The translations under genes and the position numbers were made by a program. The notes under the pieces were generated by a model that had not been told where the DNA came from, did no database searches, and saw only the letters and a program-made list of their open reading frames with translations. From an uncultured Acidimicrobiales bacterium (GTDB lineage Bacteria; Actinomycetota; Acidimicrobiia; Acidimicrobiales; UBA10347), in NCBI GenBank assembly GCA_937991435.1, contig CALKPY010000023.1, positions 1,434 through 65,433 of the forward strand: a stretch of DNA of 64,000 bases, in the 5' to 3' direction. Below are positions 49,393 to 59,793 of this stretch, piece after piece (position 1 is the first letter of the stretch; the number at the start of each line of letters is the position of its first letter).

Positions 49393-50392
49393 GGATTCCC
49401 GCTCCCGCCGGCGCAACAGAATCGAGCAGATCGCCCACGATTGCATCGGCGGTTACGTCGGCCGCAATTGCTTCGTAGCCGAGCACCAGCCGATGCCGCA
49501 ATGCCGCTCTCGCAACCGACTTGATGTCGTCGGCGCTCACGTTCGGTCGCCCATCAAGCAGCGCCGACGCTTTGCCCGCCAGAACCAAGGCTTGGGCGCC
49601 ACGAGGTGAACTTCCGAAGCGCACGTAGTCGCGAACTCGTTGGGGCGCGCTGTCGCTGGTGCGGTGCGTCGCAACCACCAGGTCCACTGCGTAACGCAGA
49701 ACATGAGCGGGAACCGGGACCTGACGAGTCAGATTGATCATTGCCTGCAGCGTCGGTCCGTCGGCAACCGCCGAGGCCGTCGCCGACGTCTGGCCGGTAG
49801 TGCGTTCGAGAATGGTCACGAGATCTTCAGCGGGCGGAAGCGGCACCTCAAGCTTGAACAAGAAGCGGTCCAACTGAGCTTCGGGAAGCGAGTAGGTGCC
49901 TTCCATTTCCAACGGGTTTTGTGTGGCCATTACGAGGAATGGACGAGGCAACGGTCGCGAAACACCGCCAACGGTGACCGTGCGCTCTTGCATGGCTTCG
50001 AGCAGCGCCGACTGGGTCTTGGGTGTCGCACGGTTGACCTCATCGGCCAAAACCAAGTTGGCAAACACCGGTCCCGCCCGAAACGAGAAGTTGCGATTGC
50101 CCGCATCATCAGTTTCGAGCACTTGGGTGCCCACGATGTCTGCCGGCATGAGGTCAGGGGTGAACTGAACTCGCGAGAACTCGACCGAGACAGCGTCGCT
50201 GAGAGTCTTGAGCAACTGGGTTTTGCCGAGACCTGGAACACCTTCGAGTAGCGCGTGTCCCTCGCTGAGCAGGCAGATGATGACGCCGCGTACTAGGTCG
50301 CGCTGGCCGACAATCACCTTCGCGATCTCTCCCTCGATTGCCTGCGCGAAATGCGCGTATCGATCAGGATCCATCACAGGAAGCTCGCTCAT
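49379..50392 (-). CDS. moxR: MoxR-family AAA+ ATPase
   Basis: EGVPGLGKT, RVQFTPDLMPAD, LADEVNRATPKTQSALLEAMQE, ATQNP and LPEAQLDRF. Confidence 0.95.
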   Translation of the reverse strand: MSELPVMDPDRYAHFAQAIEGEIAKVIVGQRDLVRGVIICLLSEGHALLEGVPGLGKTQLLKTLSDAVSVEFSRVQFTPDLMPADIVGTQVLETDDAGNRNFSFRAGPVFANLVLADEVNRATPKTQSALLEAMQERTVTVGGVSRPLPRPFLVMATQNPLEMEGTYSLPEAQLDRFLFKLEVPLPPAEDLVTILERTTGQTSATASAVADGPTLQAMINLTRQVPVPAHVLRYAVDLVVATHRTSDSAPQRVRDYVRFGSSPRGAQALVLAGKASALLDGRPNVSADDIKSVARAALRHRLVLGYEAIAADVTADAIVGDLLDSVAPAGAGIRGAD

Positions 50393-50413
50393 CGTGGTCC
50401 TACTTTCGTGCGT

Positions 50414-52072
50414 TCATTGGTCGAGGCCGGCCAGCGCGTCGAAGTACCGCTGCACCAACGCTCGAGAGGATGGAGGGATTCGTGGCTCGTCCATTGCTTC
50501 GACAACCTGGTCACCAAAGCCATCAATCACGTCGCCGAGAGGCACCCGCACTGCACCCGGGCTCGTAACACCCGCAGCGAGGCCGACCGTTTCGGAATCG
50601 CCGCCATTGTCGATCGTGTCGGGTCGCAACTCGTCGCTGAGACCACCAGGAAGAAAAAGTTCGGGTGAATCGAGTTCGAGGCCAATGTCGTCGGTGTTCT
50701 GGCCACCAACAGCCTCGCCCTCGCCGCCCTGACCTTCCTGACCACCGCCGCCGCCGCCTTCGATCTCCCCGCTTGCGTCACCACCGCCGCCTTGACCGCT
50801 TCCGGAACCAGAGCCGTCACCTGAACCATCGCCGTCACCGTTGCCATCGCCATCACCATCGCCATCACCATCACCATCACCATCACCATCGCCGTCACCG
50901 TTGCCATCGCCGTCACCGTTGCCATCGCCATCGCCATCGCCATCACCCTCGCCATCGCCCTCGCCCTCGCCCTCGCCCTCGCCCTCGCTCGCACTTGCAA
51001 CCCGACTGGCAGCATCGCCAGCTGCATCAGAGGCCTCGCCGCGCGCTGCTTGCCCCCGGACTTGTTCACCTGCGGCCTGTTGTGCATCGGCAGCCTCGCC
51101 CAAGGCGGCCTGAGCCGCGGACACGTCACCGGCAGCAAGAGCCTGAGCCGCGGCCTGAAGCGCCGCCTGGGCATCGGGGTTCCCAGCCGCTTGCGTGTCA
51201 GCTAGAGCTTCGAGACGGTCGGCCAAGGCCTGTTGTTCGTCGTTCGACAGATCGTCAAGTTCCTCTGCCAGCGCCGATAGTTGATCCGCAGCCGCACCCG
51301 AAGAGTCGGGGGTAAGAGGTGTGGCTTCGAGGCTCTGGTTCAATCCTTGCACGGCCGATTCGAGCGCAAGGTCGGCAGGCGGGTCTAGGTCTTGTTGAGC
51401 ATCACGGAGCAGCTCTTCGGCGCGACTGAGATCTTCGGTCGCACGAAGCTCCTCGGCAAGCGCTTCAAGTTCAGCTGCAAGTTCGAGCTCGTCAGCTGCG
51501 ACGTCGGGATCTTCGGCAATCTCTTCGGCCAGAGTCTCGAGAATCGCCGCCTCTTCGTCAATCACTTCGCGGGCGGCATCTGCAGCAGCGCGCGCTTCGT
51601 CTTGGGGATTCGCGACTAGCGCCAATACCACGGCGACGACCGTCAACAAGCCAGTCGCCGCCCAACGCTTGGGGTTGGCGACAAATGGTGCGGCCTGGCG
51701 CGGATTAGCACCGGCCACGACCTCGTCTGCACGGCGCCTGATTCGGTCACTAAAGACGTCACTGGCATCTTCGAACTGAAGCGCTGACGTCAACGCATCG
51801 TGGGTTCCGAGCGATCGGTCTGCCGCCCGCGCCGCCATAGCGGCTGAGATGCGCAGGCTGAGCGCCATGACTACCAGCACGACGATTGCGATGACGGCAA
51901 CGACCAGGGCTGTTGGCTCAGGCCATCCCCACGGCTGCACCCAACCAATCAACACCATCAGACACAACGCGCCTGCAAGAATCGGACCGGCGAACTGAGC
52001 AGTTGCGAGCGCCCAGACCAGTCGAAGTCGTCGACGAACGGCAGCGAGAAATGATTGGAGTGGAGTCGACAT
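50414..52072 (-). CDS. Membrane-anchored acidic coiled-coil protein with a Gly-Asp repeat tract
   Basis: Three TM segments, long Ala/Glu/Gln helices, (GD/GE)n and C-terminal [16 protein letters not shown] 52072 sits next to the upstream stop. Confidence 0.75.
   Translation of the reverse strand: MSTPLQSFLAAVRRRLRLVWALATAQFAGPILAGALCLMVLIGWVQPWGWPEPTALVVAVIAIVVLVVMALSLRISAAMAARAADRSLGTHDALTSALQFEDASDVFSDRIRRRADEVVAGANPRQAAPFVANPKRWAATGLLTVVAVVLALVANPQDEARAAADAAREVIDEEAAILETLAEEIAEDPDVAADELELAAELEALAEELRATEDLSRAEELLRDAQQDLDPPADLALESAVQGLNQSLEATPLTPDSSGAAADQLSALAEELDDLSNDEQQALADRLEALADTQAAGNPDAQAALQAAAQALAAGDVSAAQAALGEAADAQQAAGEQVRGQAARGEASDAAGDAASRVASASEGEGEGEGEGDGEGDGDGDGDGNGDGDGNGDGDGDGDGDGDGDGDGDGNGDGDGSGDGSGSGSGQGGGGDASGEIEGGGGGGQEGQGGEGEAVGGQNTDDIGLELDSPELFLPGGLSDELRPDTIDNGGDSETVGLAAGVTSPGAVRVPLGDVIDGFGDQVVEAMDEPRIPPSSRALVQRYFDALAGLDQ
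50813..50990. repeat. Coding hexanucleotide-type tandem repeat encoding (GE)n(GD/GN)n
   Basis: Runs of catcac/catcgc/cctcgc on the + strand. Confidence 0.9.
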
Positions 52073-52073
52073 A

Positions 52074-53156
52074 TCAGCGCTCTGTTCGCGCAGGGGTCCG
52101 GACTCGCCAGATGGCGATGGCCAGGCCCGTGACCGATAACGCGGTAAACAAGATGAAGAACTCAGCAATGAACGGCACCCGGTCGCCATCGTCAGACGCC
52201 CCCTGGTCATTACCGCCACGGTTGTCTTGAATCACATTGCCGAACTCGTCGATGCCCACCGGAATCGGAACCGGGAATGGGCCGTCATTGAAGCCGAAAC
52301 CGTTCTGTGGGAACTTCGGTTGCATGAGGTCGCGCACTGCGCTCAGCGGGGACTCGACCTGCGAGTTGCCGAAGCTTGGCCCAAAGGGTCCAAACTCGCC
52401 GAACTGGTCGTCGTCAGTCTGATCACTAACGGATCGCTGCGACACGTCAGCCACCGCAGCGAGCGGGTTCGCCGCCATGACCCATGATGGCGGTTGCGCG
52501 AGGTCGCTGCCACGCGATGCGTCGACTTCCTGCAGCACGGCATAGCCCACAAACGTGCCGCCAACAAGTAACAACACGATGCCATAGGCCAACAAGATGG
52601 CACCCGACACTCGCTTGACGATCGCTGAACAGGCAACGGTGATACATGCCAAGCCGAACGCCGCGAACAACACCACGCCAAGCGAGATAAAGATCTCCCC
52701 AAAGGTGATTCCGCCAATGAGATACGCAACCGCCAGCAACGGCAACGACGCCACCAGCAACAGCACGGTTGCCGCTACCGAAGCTCCGACCTTGCCAAAC
52801 ACGATGCTTCGCGGTGACAACAACGACACCTGCAAAGCGCGCAACGTCTGACGTTCGCGTTCGCCCGCTATTGACGAGGCGGTAAATCCCGGAACGATGA
52901 ACAGCACCAGGATCACCATGAAGAACAGCACGTACTCGAACAGGCTCTGCCCGATCGACGCGATCTCAGTGACTCCTGGTTGGCCGAACGATCCCGTGCG
53001 ATCGCCGGTTCGGGCCTGGTACAGGGCGAAAACAACAGCGGTCAAGACCACGAGATACAGGGTGATGACAAGCATCATCCTCGGGGTGCTTGCTCGCTGT
53101 TTCAGCTCTCGGTGTAGTACCGGATTGCGCCACGCAACTGCATCAACAATCGACAT
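52074..53156 (-). CDS. ABC-2 type transporter permease
   Basis: NPVLHREL, SIAGERERQTL, IVFGK and about six TM segments. Confidence 0.85.
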   Translation of the reverse strand: MSIVDAVAWRNPVLHRELKQRASTPRMMLVITLYLVVLTAVVFALYQARTGDRTGSFGQPGVTEIASIGQSLFEYVLFFMVILVLFIVPGFTASSIAGERERQTLRALQVSLLSPRSIVFGKVGASVAATVLLLVASLPLLAVAYLIGGITFGEIFISLGVVLFAAFGLACITVACSAIVKRVSGAILLAYGIVLLLVGGTFVGYAVLQEVDASRGSDLAQPPSWVMAANPLAAVADVSQRSVSDQTDDDQFGEFGPFGPSFGNSQVESPLSAVRDLMQPKFPQNGFGFNDGPFPVPIPVGIDEFGNVIQDNRGGNDQGASDDGDRVPFIAEFFILFTALSVTGLAIAIWRVRTPARTER

Positions 53157-54154
53157 CAGGTACCTGCCATTGGATCAAGCAGCGGATCAACCGATGCAAC
53201 GGCCGCTGTTTCGACCTCGCCGGCACGAACGGTGTCGGTGATCTGCATGTACAACCCTTCGAGGTCGGCGTCGACAGGCGCAAAAGACAACACGTCGCGT
53301 GGATCCTCGATCACCAGCCTTCGCAGCAGTGCTGCTTGCGTGAGCGCATCGGATACGGGGTATTCCTCGGTGCTGCCGTCGGTGAAAGCCACCGCTATTC
53401 GTGACCCTGTATTCGTGGCGGCGCGAATATCAGCTGGTGCCCCGATTGCATGGATCCGGCCACCTTCCATGATTGCAATGTCAGAGCAGACGGCCTCAAG
53501 TTCCGCGAGAATATGCGAGCTGATCAGAATGGTCTTACCCATGCGGGCCAACTGCAAAAGAAGCTCCCGCAGCTCGACGCGAGCACGCGGATCGAGGCCG
53601 CTCGCTGGCTCGTCGAGAATGAGTAGCTCCGGGTCGTGCACCAGTGCCCTCGCCAGACTCAGTCGTTGCTTCATGCCTCGGGACAACGAATCGACCTGGG
53701 CATCACGCTTATCGGCAAGGTCAACGAGTTCGAGCAGGCCATCGACGAGCGGGTCCCAGGCCTTGGGCTTGATCCGGTACGACGCAGCGAAGAACCGAAG
53801 GTAATCAACCGCTGTTAAGTCGCCGTAGACACCAATGTTGTCGGGCATATATCCGACGCGCCGACGCACCTGCATACGGTCGGTCATCGGATTGAAATCG
53901 GCAATGGTCACCGTGCCCGAAGTGGGAATGAGCAGCGACGCGACCATGGCGAACGTCGTAGATTTACCCGCGCCGTTCGGCCCGATTAGACCAAAGATTG
54001 AACCGCGCGGAATGTCGAAGTCGATGTTGTCGACAGCAGCTAGTGATCCGTAGTTCTTTGTCAACGATCGTGCTCGTACCAACGCCGGTCGCGAAGGCGG
54101 CTCGGGCGATGAGATCGGCACCACCGGCATAACCGACGTTCCGAGCGTGCTCAT
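53156..54154 (-). CDS. ABC transporter ATP-binding protein
   Basis: GPNGAGKST, LSRGMKQR, LILDEPASGLD and SSH. Confidence 0.95.
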   Translation of the reverse strand: MSTLGTSVMPVVPISSPEPPSRPALVRARSLTKNYGSLAAVDNIDFDIPRGSIFGLIGPNGAGKSTTFAMVASLLIPTSGTVTIADFNPMTDRMQVRRRVGYMPDNIGVYGDLTAVDYLRFFAASYRIKPKAWDPLVDGLLELVDLADKRDAQVDSLSRGMKQRLSLARALVHDPELLILDEPASGLDPRARVELRELLLQLARMGKTILISSHILAELEAVCSDIAIMEGGRIHAIGAPADIRAATNTGSRIAVAFTDGSTEEYPVSDALTQAALLRRLVIEDPRDVLSFAPVDADLEGLYMQITDTVRAGEVETAAVASVDPLLDPMAGT

Positions 54155-56382
54155 GCTGCTTCCTCGTCTTCTGTCTTCTCATCTTCGGTGAATTCGACCT
54201 CTGACGGCTGATCGTCAGAGTCGACACCCGTAATGACGAAGGACCGAGGCGGCACGGCTGGGCCATTGCGAGCGCTGAAGTACAGGCGCACCGTCAATGA
54301 TCCGCTGTCGAACCACTCAGGTTCGAGGGCAAGAGAGCTCGGCACCGTCTCCCCCAGTGCTACTTCGCGCCACTCGCCGTTGATGTAGAGCTGGAGCTCC
54401 TCGGTTGATCGAGGCAACTTGAGTTGCAACGGCGTGCCAGCGCCAGCTTGCGCCGGTGCGGTGAATCGCCACGTAGCTCCGAATATGGGCGGTCCATCAA
54501 AGGAGTCAAAGTTCTCGCCGTCGGGCGTCTGGCCGGGGCCCCGAATGAGTTCGCGAGCAACCGTGAGGTCGGTGACGGTTCCTTCTGGTTCGATCACTGC
54601 ACGAGTTACGACCATCGTGCGTCCGGCGTCGACGTCGCTGTCAATCGGCGCCGGGAGTTCTCGGGTGAAGCCGGCCACGACGACCTGCCCGATTGGCCGG
54701 CTGCTTCGGCCGCTCTTCCACACAAACTCGGACCAGAGGGAGCCGGCGTATGCCGTATCAGCATCGGGTACCGGGCCGAACGGGCCAAAGTTGTTTGGCC
54801 GGCGCCACACAACAAAATCGATTGGTTCACCTCGGAACGGGTCACGCGCTCCACCTGTCAAGACGAAGTTGATCGTTTCACCTGCCGCGATTGTTCCCAG
54901 GTTCTTCCCTGCCTGATCAGCGAACAAACCAACTTCTTCGAGGTCGACCGACAAGTTGTTGGTGACCGTGCCGCGAACCTCGCCGTCGACGTCGGAAACC
55001 GCAGTCACCCGAAGTGCTCCGTCGAACTGTGGCATTGGCCCCACAGCATGAGCTATGGCGAAGTCTCCAGCATCGAGCGTCGCTCGGATCGTCGATGAGT
55101 CACCGTCGCGAGTCGTCCGCGTCGACCCAGAAGAACTCGGCCCAAACATAAACGCCGGAAGCGCAGACGACGTCGACGCCCATTCACTCGGCAAGGCAAG
55201 GCTTTCGATGCCTCCGGATCGCGATGTCAGCAGGTGAGCAGTGCTTGCTCGCGCACCCGCGGGCGTGATCTCAAGCACCGTGGCGTGAGCCTGATCAGTA
55301 CCCGATCGAAGTGACGAGCCCGTAATCCAAACTGCGCCGGTGAACAATAGGGCGACGGCCGGTAGTGCTATCCAAATAGCCATGGTGCTGCCTCGCAACC
55401 GCAGCACGATCCAGAGCAAGGGGCCGGCGATCAAGAGGTAGGCAAAGAGCAGGCCGAGCATCCACGGGAGCGAAGGCAGGCGAAAACCAGAGTCAGCCGC
55501 CAGCGTCTGGCTGACCGGTTCACCACCAAAGAAGGTGTCGCCGGTGAGTTCGCGACCGAAACCTTCGCCGGAGTTGAAGGTGTATTCCGACGGAACGAGT
55601 GCATCCTGCCAACCCTCAGCATCGGATACGGCCCGAAGGTGTCCAACCCCGTACGGCAGTGCAGTGTCCTTTTCCGTGCTTTTCCCAGAAATCGAAGCAA
55701 CCTCTTCGGCAGCACCTTGACCAACGATGAGCAGCGTTCCCCCATCATGGACCCAGAACAACATTTGGGATTGGGTTGCATCGCGAAGCGCTCGGAAATC
55801 TGCCGTCGAAATGACTACCGCCGCCAGCGGGTCGATCGCACCGTATGTCTCGAGGAACGCAGGGGTGAGTTCGAAGAGCCGGCTCGACGCGTCGACCGAC
55901 ATAAGCGCAACCCGCTCGGGCATGTCCTGGGACAAGTCACCAAACACCCCGACCAGCTCATCACCGAATACCGGCCGAAGGCGAATGTTCTCTTCGGCAG
56001 CGATTTCTTCGCCGTTCTCAACAAGCGATACAGACAGTTGGGAACCAAAGTCAGATGACACGCCAGGTATGACGACCAGAAACTGCTTGGTGGTTCCCCC
56101 GGCAAGCTCGACAGGTGTGGTGACCGTCTCGCCGACAGTGATCCCTCGGCCGAACCCGCCGCTGGTGCGCACTTCGAGGGTGCCGTCAATGAGCCGATCG
56201 GCGGTGATCGTCACGACTACCGGTACCGACGCTCCGTCTCGAAACTCGCCACCGAAACCCGCTTCGACAACAAACCCTGACTGCGCTTGAGCCAGCGGAG
56301 CCGCAATCAGAAAAAAACCGAGCGCGGTCAATGTCGCGACAACCTGCATCACCACCCGCATTGCCCACCCGCACCTGTTCAT
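54151..56382 (-). CDS. Secreted/membrane protein of unknown function, first gene of the ABC-MoxR-VWA operon
   Basis: Signal peptide, WVHDGGTLLI (GATase-like), central TM pair (YLLIAGP..., WIALP). TATTGT-N6-ATG 56382. Confidence 0.75.
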   Translation of the reverse strand: MNRCGWAMRVVMQVVATLTALGFFLIAAPLAQAQSGFVVEAGFGGEFRDGASVPVVVTITADRLIDGTLEVRTSGGFGRGITVGETVTTPVELAGGTTKQFLVVIPGVSSDFGSQLSVSLVENGEEIAAEENIRLRPVFGDELVGVFGDLSQDMPERVALMSVDASSRLFELTPAFLETYGAIDPLAAVVISTADFRALRDATQSQMLFWVHDGGTLLIVGQGAAEEVASISGKSTEKDTALPYGVGHLRAVSDAEGWQDALVPSEYTFNSGEGFGRELTGDTFFGGEPVSQTLAADSGFRLPSLPWMLGLLFAYLLIAGPLLWIVLRLRGSTMAIWIALPAVALLFTGAVWITGSSLRSGTDQAHATVLEITPAGARASTAHLLTSRSGGIESLALPSEWASTSSALPAFMFGPSSSGSTRTTRDGDSSTIRATLDAGDFAIAHAVGPMPQFDGALRVTAVSDVDGEVRGTVTNNLSVDLEEVGLFADQAGKNLGTIAAGETINFVLTGGARDPFRGEPIDFVVWRRPNNFGPFGPVPDADTAYAGSLWSEFVWKSGRSSRPIGQVVVAGFTRELPAPIDSDVDAGRTMVVTRAVIEPEGTVTDLTVARELIRGPGQTPDGENFDSFDGPPIFGATWRFTAPAQAGAGTPLQLKLPRSTEELQLYINGEWREVALGETVPSSLALEPEWFDSGSLTVRLYFSARNGPAVPPRSFVITGVDSDDQPSEVEFTEDEKTEDEEAA

Positions 56383-56644
56383 TGCGTCACAATAGTGAAG
56401 ACGCCGCCATCGCATGGCGCGGCGTTACAAGGGACCACTCCCTATTGCCATCTGCTCGAAGCGAACTTGGCGAATACACCTATTTCTCGTTGTTCAACTC
56501 CGAGATCGGTAAACGGATATCTCACGTAGTCACGAGCCGCTGTGACCCTTGCTACCGCCGAGGGAACAAGCTGCCAGTAACATTCGTTATTGCGAAACGT
56601 GCATGTGGTTCGTGCATATCCCACCCTCCAGAGAACGGCCTCGT

Positions 56645-57961
56645 ATGTCGAGTTCACGCGACACCAGTCCCCCTGCTGCCGGTCAGCCATTACGTATCGC
56701 ACTTTTGACCTATCGCGGCAAGCCCCACTGCGGCGGGCAAGGTGTCTACACCCGCTACATCGCCAAAGCGCTGGTCGACCTCGGCCACCACGTCGAGGTG
56801 TTCGCTGGGCAGCCGTACCCGGTACTTCACGACTCGGTTGCACTGCACGAGCTTCCCAGCCTTGATATCTGGAACGATCAATATCCCGGACGCATGCCTG
56901 CGTTTTGGGAGCTCAAGGGCGCCGAAGACGCTGTCGAGATGCTGAGCCACACGGTTGGTACGTTTAGCGAACCATTGTCGTTTAGCTTGCGGGCCTGGAA
57001 CGCGATCAAGCCCCGCATGCACGAGTTCGATCTGGTCCACGACAACCAGACGCTCGGCTACGGCATCTTGGCTATGCAACAGGCCGGGCTGCCGGTCCTC
57101 GAGACTATTCATCACCCGATCACGGTGGATCGCCGACTTGAGATCGAGCACTCGCGTTCGATGATCGAGCAGTTCGGCAAACGTCGATGGTACGCATTTA
57201 CCAAGATGCAGACGCGCGTCGCGCGCCGCATGATGCGAGTCATGACCGTCAGCGAGTCGAGTCTCGACGACATCTGCAATGACCACAAGGTCAGCCGCGA
57301 CCGAATCCATGTTGTACCTGTCGGTGTCGACCCTGATTTGTTTCGTCCCATGCCCCAGATCTCGCGAATACCCGGCCGCATCGTCACCACCGCCAGTGCC
57401 GACGTGGCCCTGAAGGGATTGCACTATCTGCTCGAGGCCCTTGCCAAGCTCAGGACTGAGCGCCCCGAGGCTCACTTGGTGATCATCGGCAAGCCAAAGG
57501 ACGGCGGCAAGGCCATGGAGACGCTCGCTCGGCTCGGCCTCGAAGACCATGTCGAGTGGATCAGTGGCGTTCCCGACGAGCGCATCGTCGAGCTCTACAG
57601 CGAATGCGAAGTTGCCTGCGTGCCGTCGTTGTACGAAGGGTTCTCGCTTCCGGCGATCGAAGCAATGTCATCGGCAGCTCCACTGGTGGCCACGACCGGG
57701 GGCGCGCTTCCCGAGGTTTGCGGCGAGCACGGCGTGTCAGCATTGCTCGTCGAACCAGGCAGCGCCGACGAATTGGCCGGTGCACTGCGCACCGTGCTCG
57801 ATGATCCAGTTATGGCTCAAAGACTCGGCGCCGCGGCGCGCGAACGGGTGCTCGACAACTGGAGCTGGCGCCACACCGCGCTTCGCACTGTCGAACAGTA
57901 CCGAGCTCTGCTCGAGGAATACCACAGCACTCCACGTTCCCGATTCGCGAAGCCGTTCTAA
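56645..57961 (+). CDS. Glycosyltransferase family 4 (GT-B)
   Basis: LRIALLTYRG.PHCGGQGVY, HDNQTLG, KGL and PSLYEGFSLPAIEAM (EX7E). Confidence 0.9.
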   Translation: MSSSRDTSPPAAGQPLRIALLTYRGKPHCGGQGVYTRYIAKALVDLGHHVEVFAGQPYPVLHDSVALHELPSLDIWNDQYPGRMPAFWELKGAEDAVEMLSHTVGTFSEPLSFSLRAWNAIKPRMHEFDLVHDNQTLGYGILAMQQAGLPVLETIHHPITVDRRLEIEHSRSMIEQFGKRRWYAFTKMQTRVARRMMRVMTVSESSLDDICNDHKVSRDRIHVVPVGVDPDLFRPMPQISRIPGRIVTTASADVALKGLHYLLEALAKLRTERPEAHLVIIGKPKDGGKAMETLARLGLEDHVEWISGVPDERIVELYSECEVACVPSLYEGFSLPAIEAMSSAAPLVATTGGALPEVCGEHGVSALLVEPGSADELAGALRTVLDDPVMAQRLGAAARERVLDNWSWRHTALRTVEQYRALLEEYHSTPRSRFAKPF

Positions 57962-57964
57962 CGC

Positions 57965-58699
57965 ATGCTCACTGTTGACTACGACCGCCTCGGTCTCAAA
58001 TCTGGACATCAGCTGCTCGACCTCGGGTGCGGCTTCGGGCGACACGCCTACGAAGCGGCCCGACGCGGCGCACACGTCACTGCGTGTGACATGGCTGTGC
58101 CCGAACTCGTCAATGTTCGAAACACCTTCGGCGCAATGTCGGTCGCTGGCGAACTCGAACCACATGTCGAATGTTCTCAGGTCGCAGGCGACGCAACCCG
58201 GCTGCCATTCGGAGACAATTCCTTCGACCGCATCATCGCGAGCGAAGTTCTCGAGCACATTCCGCACGACATCGATGCCCTGGCTGAGCTGACCCGGGTA
58301 CTAAAGCCGGGTGGACTGTTGGCGGCCACAGTCCCAACCTTTGGACCAGAACGACTCTGCTGGGCCATCAACAGCGAGTACCACGCCCCTGCCTCGGTGG
58401 GCGGCCACGTGCGCATCTACACGCGCAATCAGCTGCGGGCGAAAATGACCGGCGTCGGGTTGCGACCCCAAGATGCCCACAACACCCATGGGCTCCACAG
58501 CCCTTACTGGTGGCTCAAATGCGCGGTAGGTATCGATAACGACGACCATCCGCTGGTCAAGCGCTACCACGACCTGCTGGTCTGGGAGATCACCGATCAG
58601 CCCAAGGTCCTGCAACTCGCGGCCAAGGCACTCGACCCAATCATCGGCAAGAGCACGGTCATCTATGCCGAGAAACCAGCAACACTGATCGACCGCTGA
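57965..58699 (+). CDS. Class I SAM-dependent methyltransferase
   Basis: LLDLGCGFGRH, GDATRLPF, SEVLEHI and RVLKPGG. Confidence 0.9.
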   Translation: MLTVDYDRLGLKSGHQLLDLGCGFGRHAYEAARRGAHVTACDMAVPELVNVRNTFGAMSVAGELEPHVECSQVAGDATRLPFGDNSFDRIIASEVLEHIPHDIDALAELTRVLKPGGLLAATVPTFGPERLCWAINSEYHAPASVGGHVRIYTRNQLRAKMTGVGLRPQDAHNTHGLHSPYWWLKCAVGIDNDDHPLVKRYHDLLVWEITDQPKVLQLAAKALDPIIGKSTVIYAEKPATLIDR

Positions 58700-58700
58700 C

Positions 58701-59786
58701 ATGACGACCTCTCAGACAACGGCGCCCAGCGGCGCGTCTGGCCACCCGATTCCATCAGTCGACGGCGTGCTGACTGCGGCCGAGGTGCGATCCACTGCCG
58801 AGTCGATCGCCGAACTTCAACGCACAAACGGGCAGATTCCCTGGTTCCCGGGCGGACACACCGATGCCTGGAACCACGTCGAAAACGCAATGGCTCTTGC
58901 TACCGCCGGGCTCACCGACGAAGCCGAGCTGGCGTATCAATGGCTCGCCGATATGCAACTCGACGACGGCAGCTGGCATCAGTATTACATCGGTGATGAC
59001 ATCGAGAAGCATCTCTTCGATGCCAACACCATTGCCTACATTGCTGTCGGTGTATGGCACCACTGGCTGCTCACAGGCGATGAATCGTTCATCGATCGCT
59101 ATTGGCCCATCGTGAATCGGGCGATCGACTGGGTGATCGCGTTGCAGCGTCCTGCCGGAGACATCACGTGGGCTCGCCACCCCGACGGCACGGCCTTTTC
59201 GTTTTCGCTTCTGACCGGAAGCTCATCAATAAGCCACAGCATTCGAACCGCAGCAGCACTCGCCGACCTGATGGGCGAGGCCCGGCCGTGTTGGCGACAG
59301 GCCAGCACTCGTCTCGACACATGTATTCGCAACACGCCCGAGGTCTTCGCCCCCAAACAGCGGTGGGCGATGGACTGGTATTACCCAGTACTCACGGGTG
59401 TGATCACTGGTAATGCCGGGCTCGAGCATCTGCGTGCTGGCGAGTCGAAGTTCATCATGACTGGCAAGGGTGTGCGCTGCGTCGCCGACCAAGACTGGGT
59501 GACCTCAGCCGAGACCTGCGAAGCAGTAATGGCCTACCTGGCCGTCGGCGATACCCAGATGGCCCATGATCTGTTCGCGTGGGCGCAACTCAATCGTGAC
59601 GACGACGGCGCCTACTTCACCGGCATGGCATTTCCGCAACGAGTGAACTTCCCAGGCGGCGAACGTTCGACCTACACCGCCGCGGCAATTGTTCTGGCTG
59701 CCGATGCACTGTGCGGAGCGACTCCGGCTTCGCGCCTGTTGTGGGACCCCGCTGAGCTACAGACCGGCGCAGCTTCTGCCCGATGA
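58701..59786 (+). CDS. (alpha/alpha)6-barrel prenyltransferase/squalene-oxidase-repeat-like protein
   Basis: QRTNGQIPW, WLADMQLDDGSW and WVIALQRPAG QW-like repeats, plus DAWNHVE and MDWYYP. Confidence 0.7.
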   Translation: MTTSQTTAPSGASGHPIPSVDGVLTAAEVRSTAESIAELQRTNGQIPWFPGGHTDAWNHVENAMALATAGLTDEAELAYQWLADMQLDDGSWHQYYIGDDIEKHLFDANTIAYIAVGVWHHWLLTGDESFIDRYWPIVNRAIDWVIALQRPAGDITWARHPDGTAFSFSLLTGSSSISHSIRTAAALADLMGEARPCWRQASTRLDTCIRNTPEVFAPKQRWAMDWYYPVLTGVITGNAGLEHLRAGESKFIMTGKGVRCVADQDWVTSAETCEAVMAYLAVGDTQMAHDLFAWAQLNRDDDGAYFTGMAFPQRVNFPGGERSTYTAAAIVLAADALCGATPASRLLWDPAELQTGAASAR

Positions 59787-59793
59787 TCTGGCG

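Noticed and set aside
50527-51315. His/Arg-rich, Met/Ala-rich and (PS)n ORFs
   Set aside because: These are alternative frames of the Gly-Asp repeat.
56645-57961. GT4 as the selenosugar synthase SenB because a selenoprotein is nearby
   Set aside because: No senA/egtB-like or selD-like neighbour is present and the N-terminal motif is of a different GT4 subfamily.
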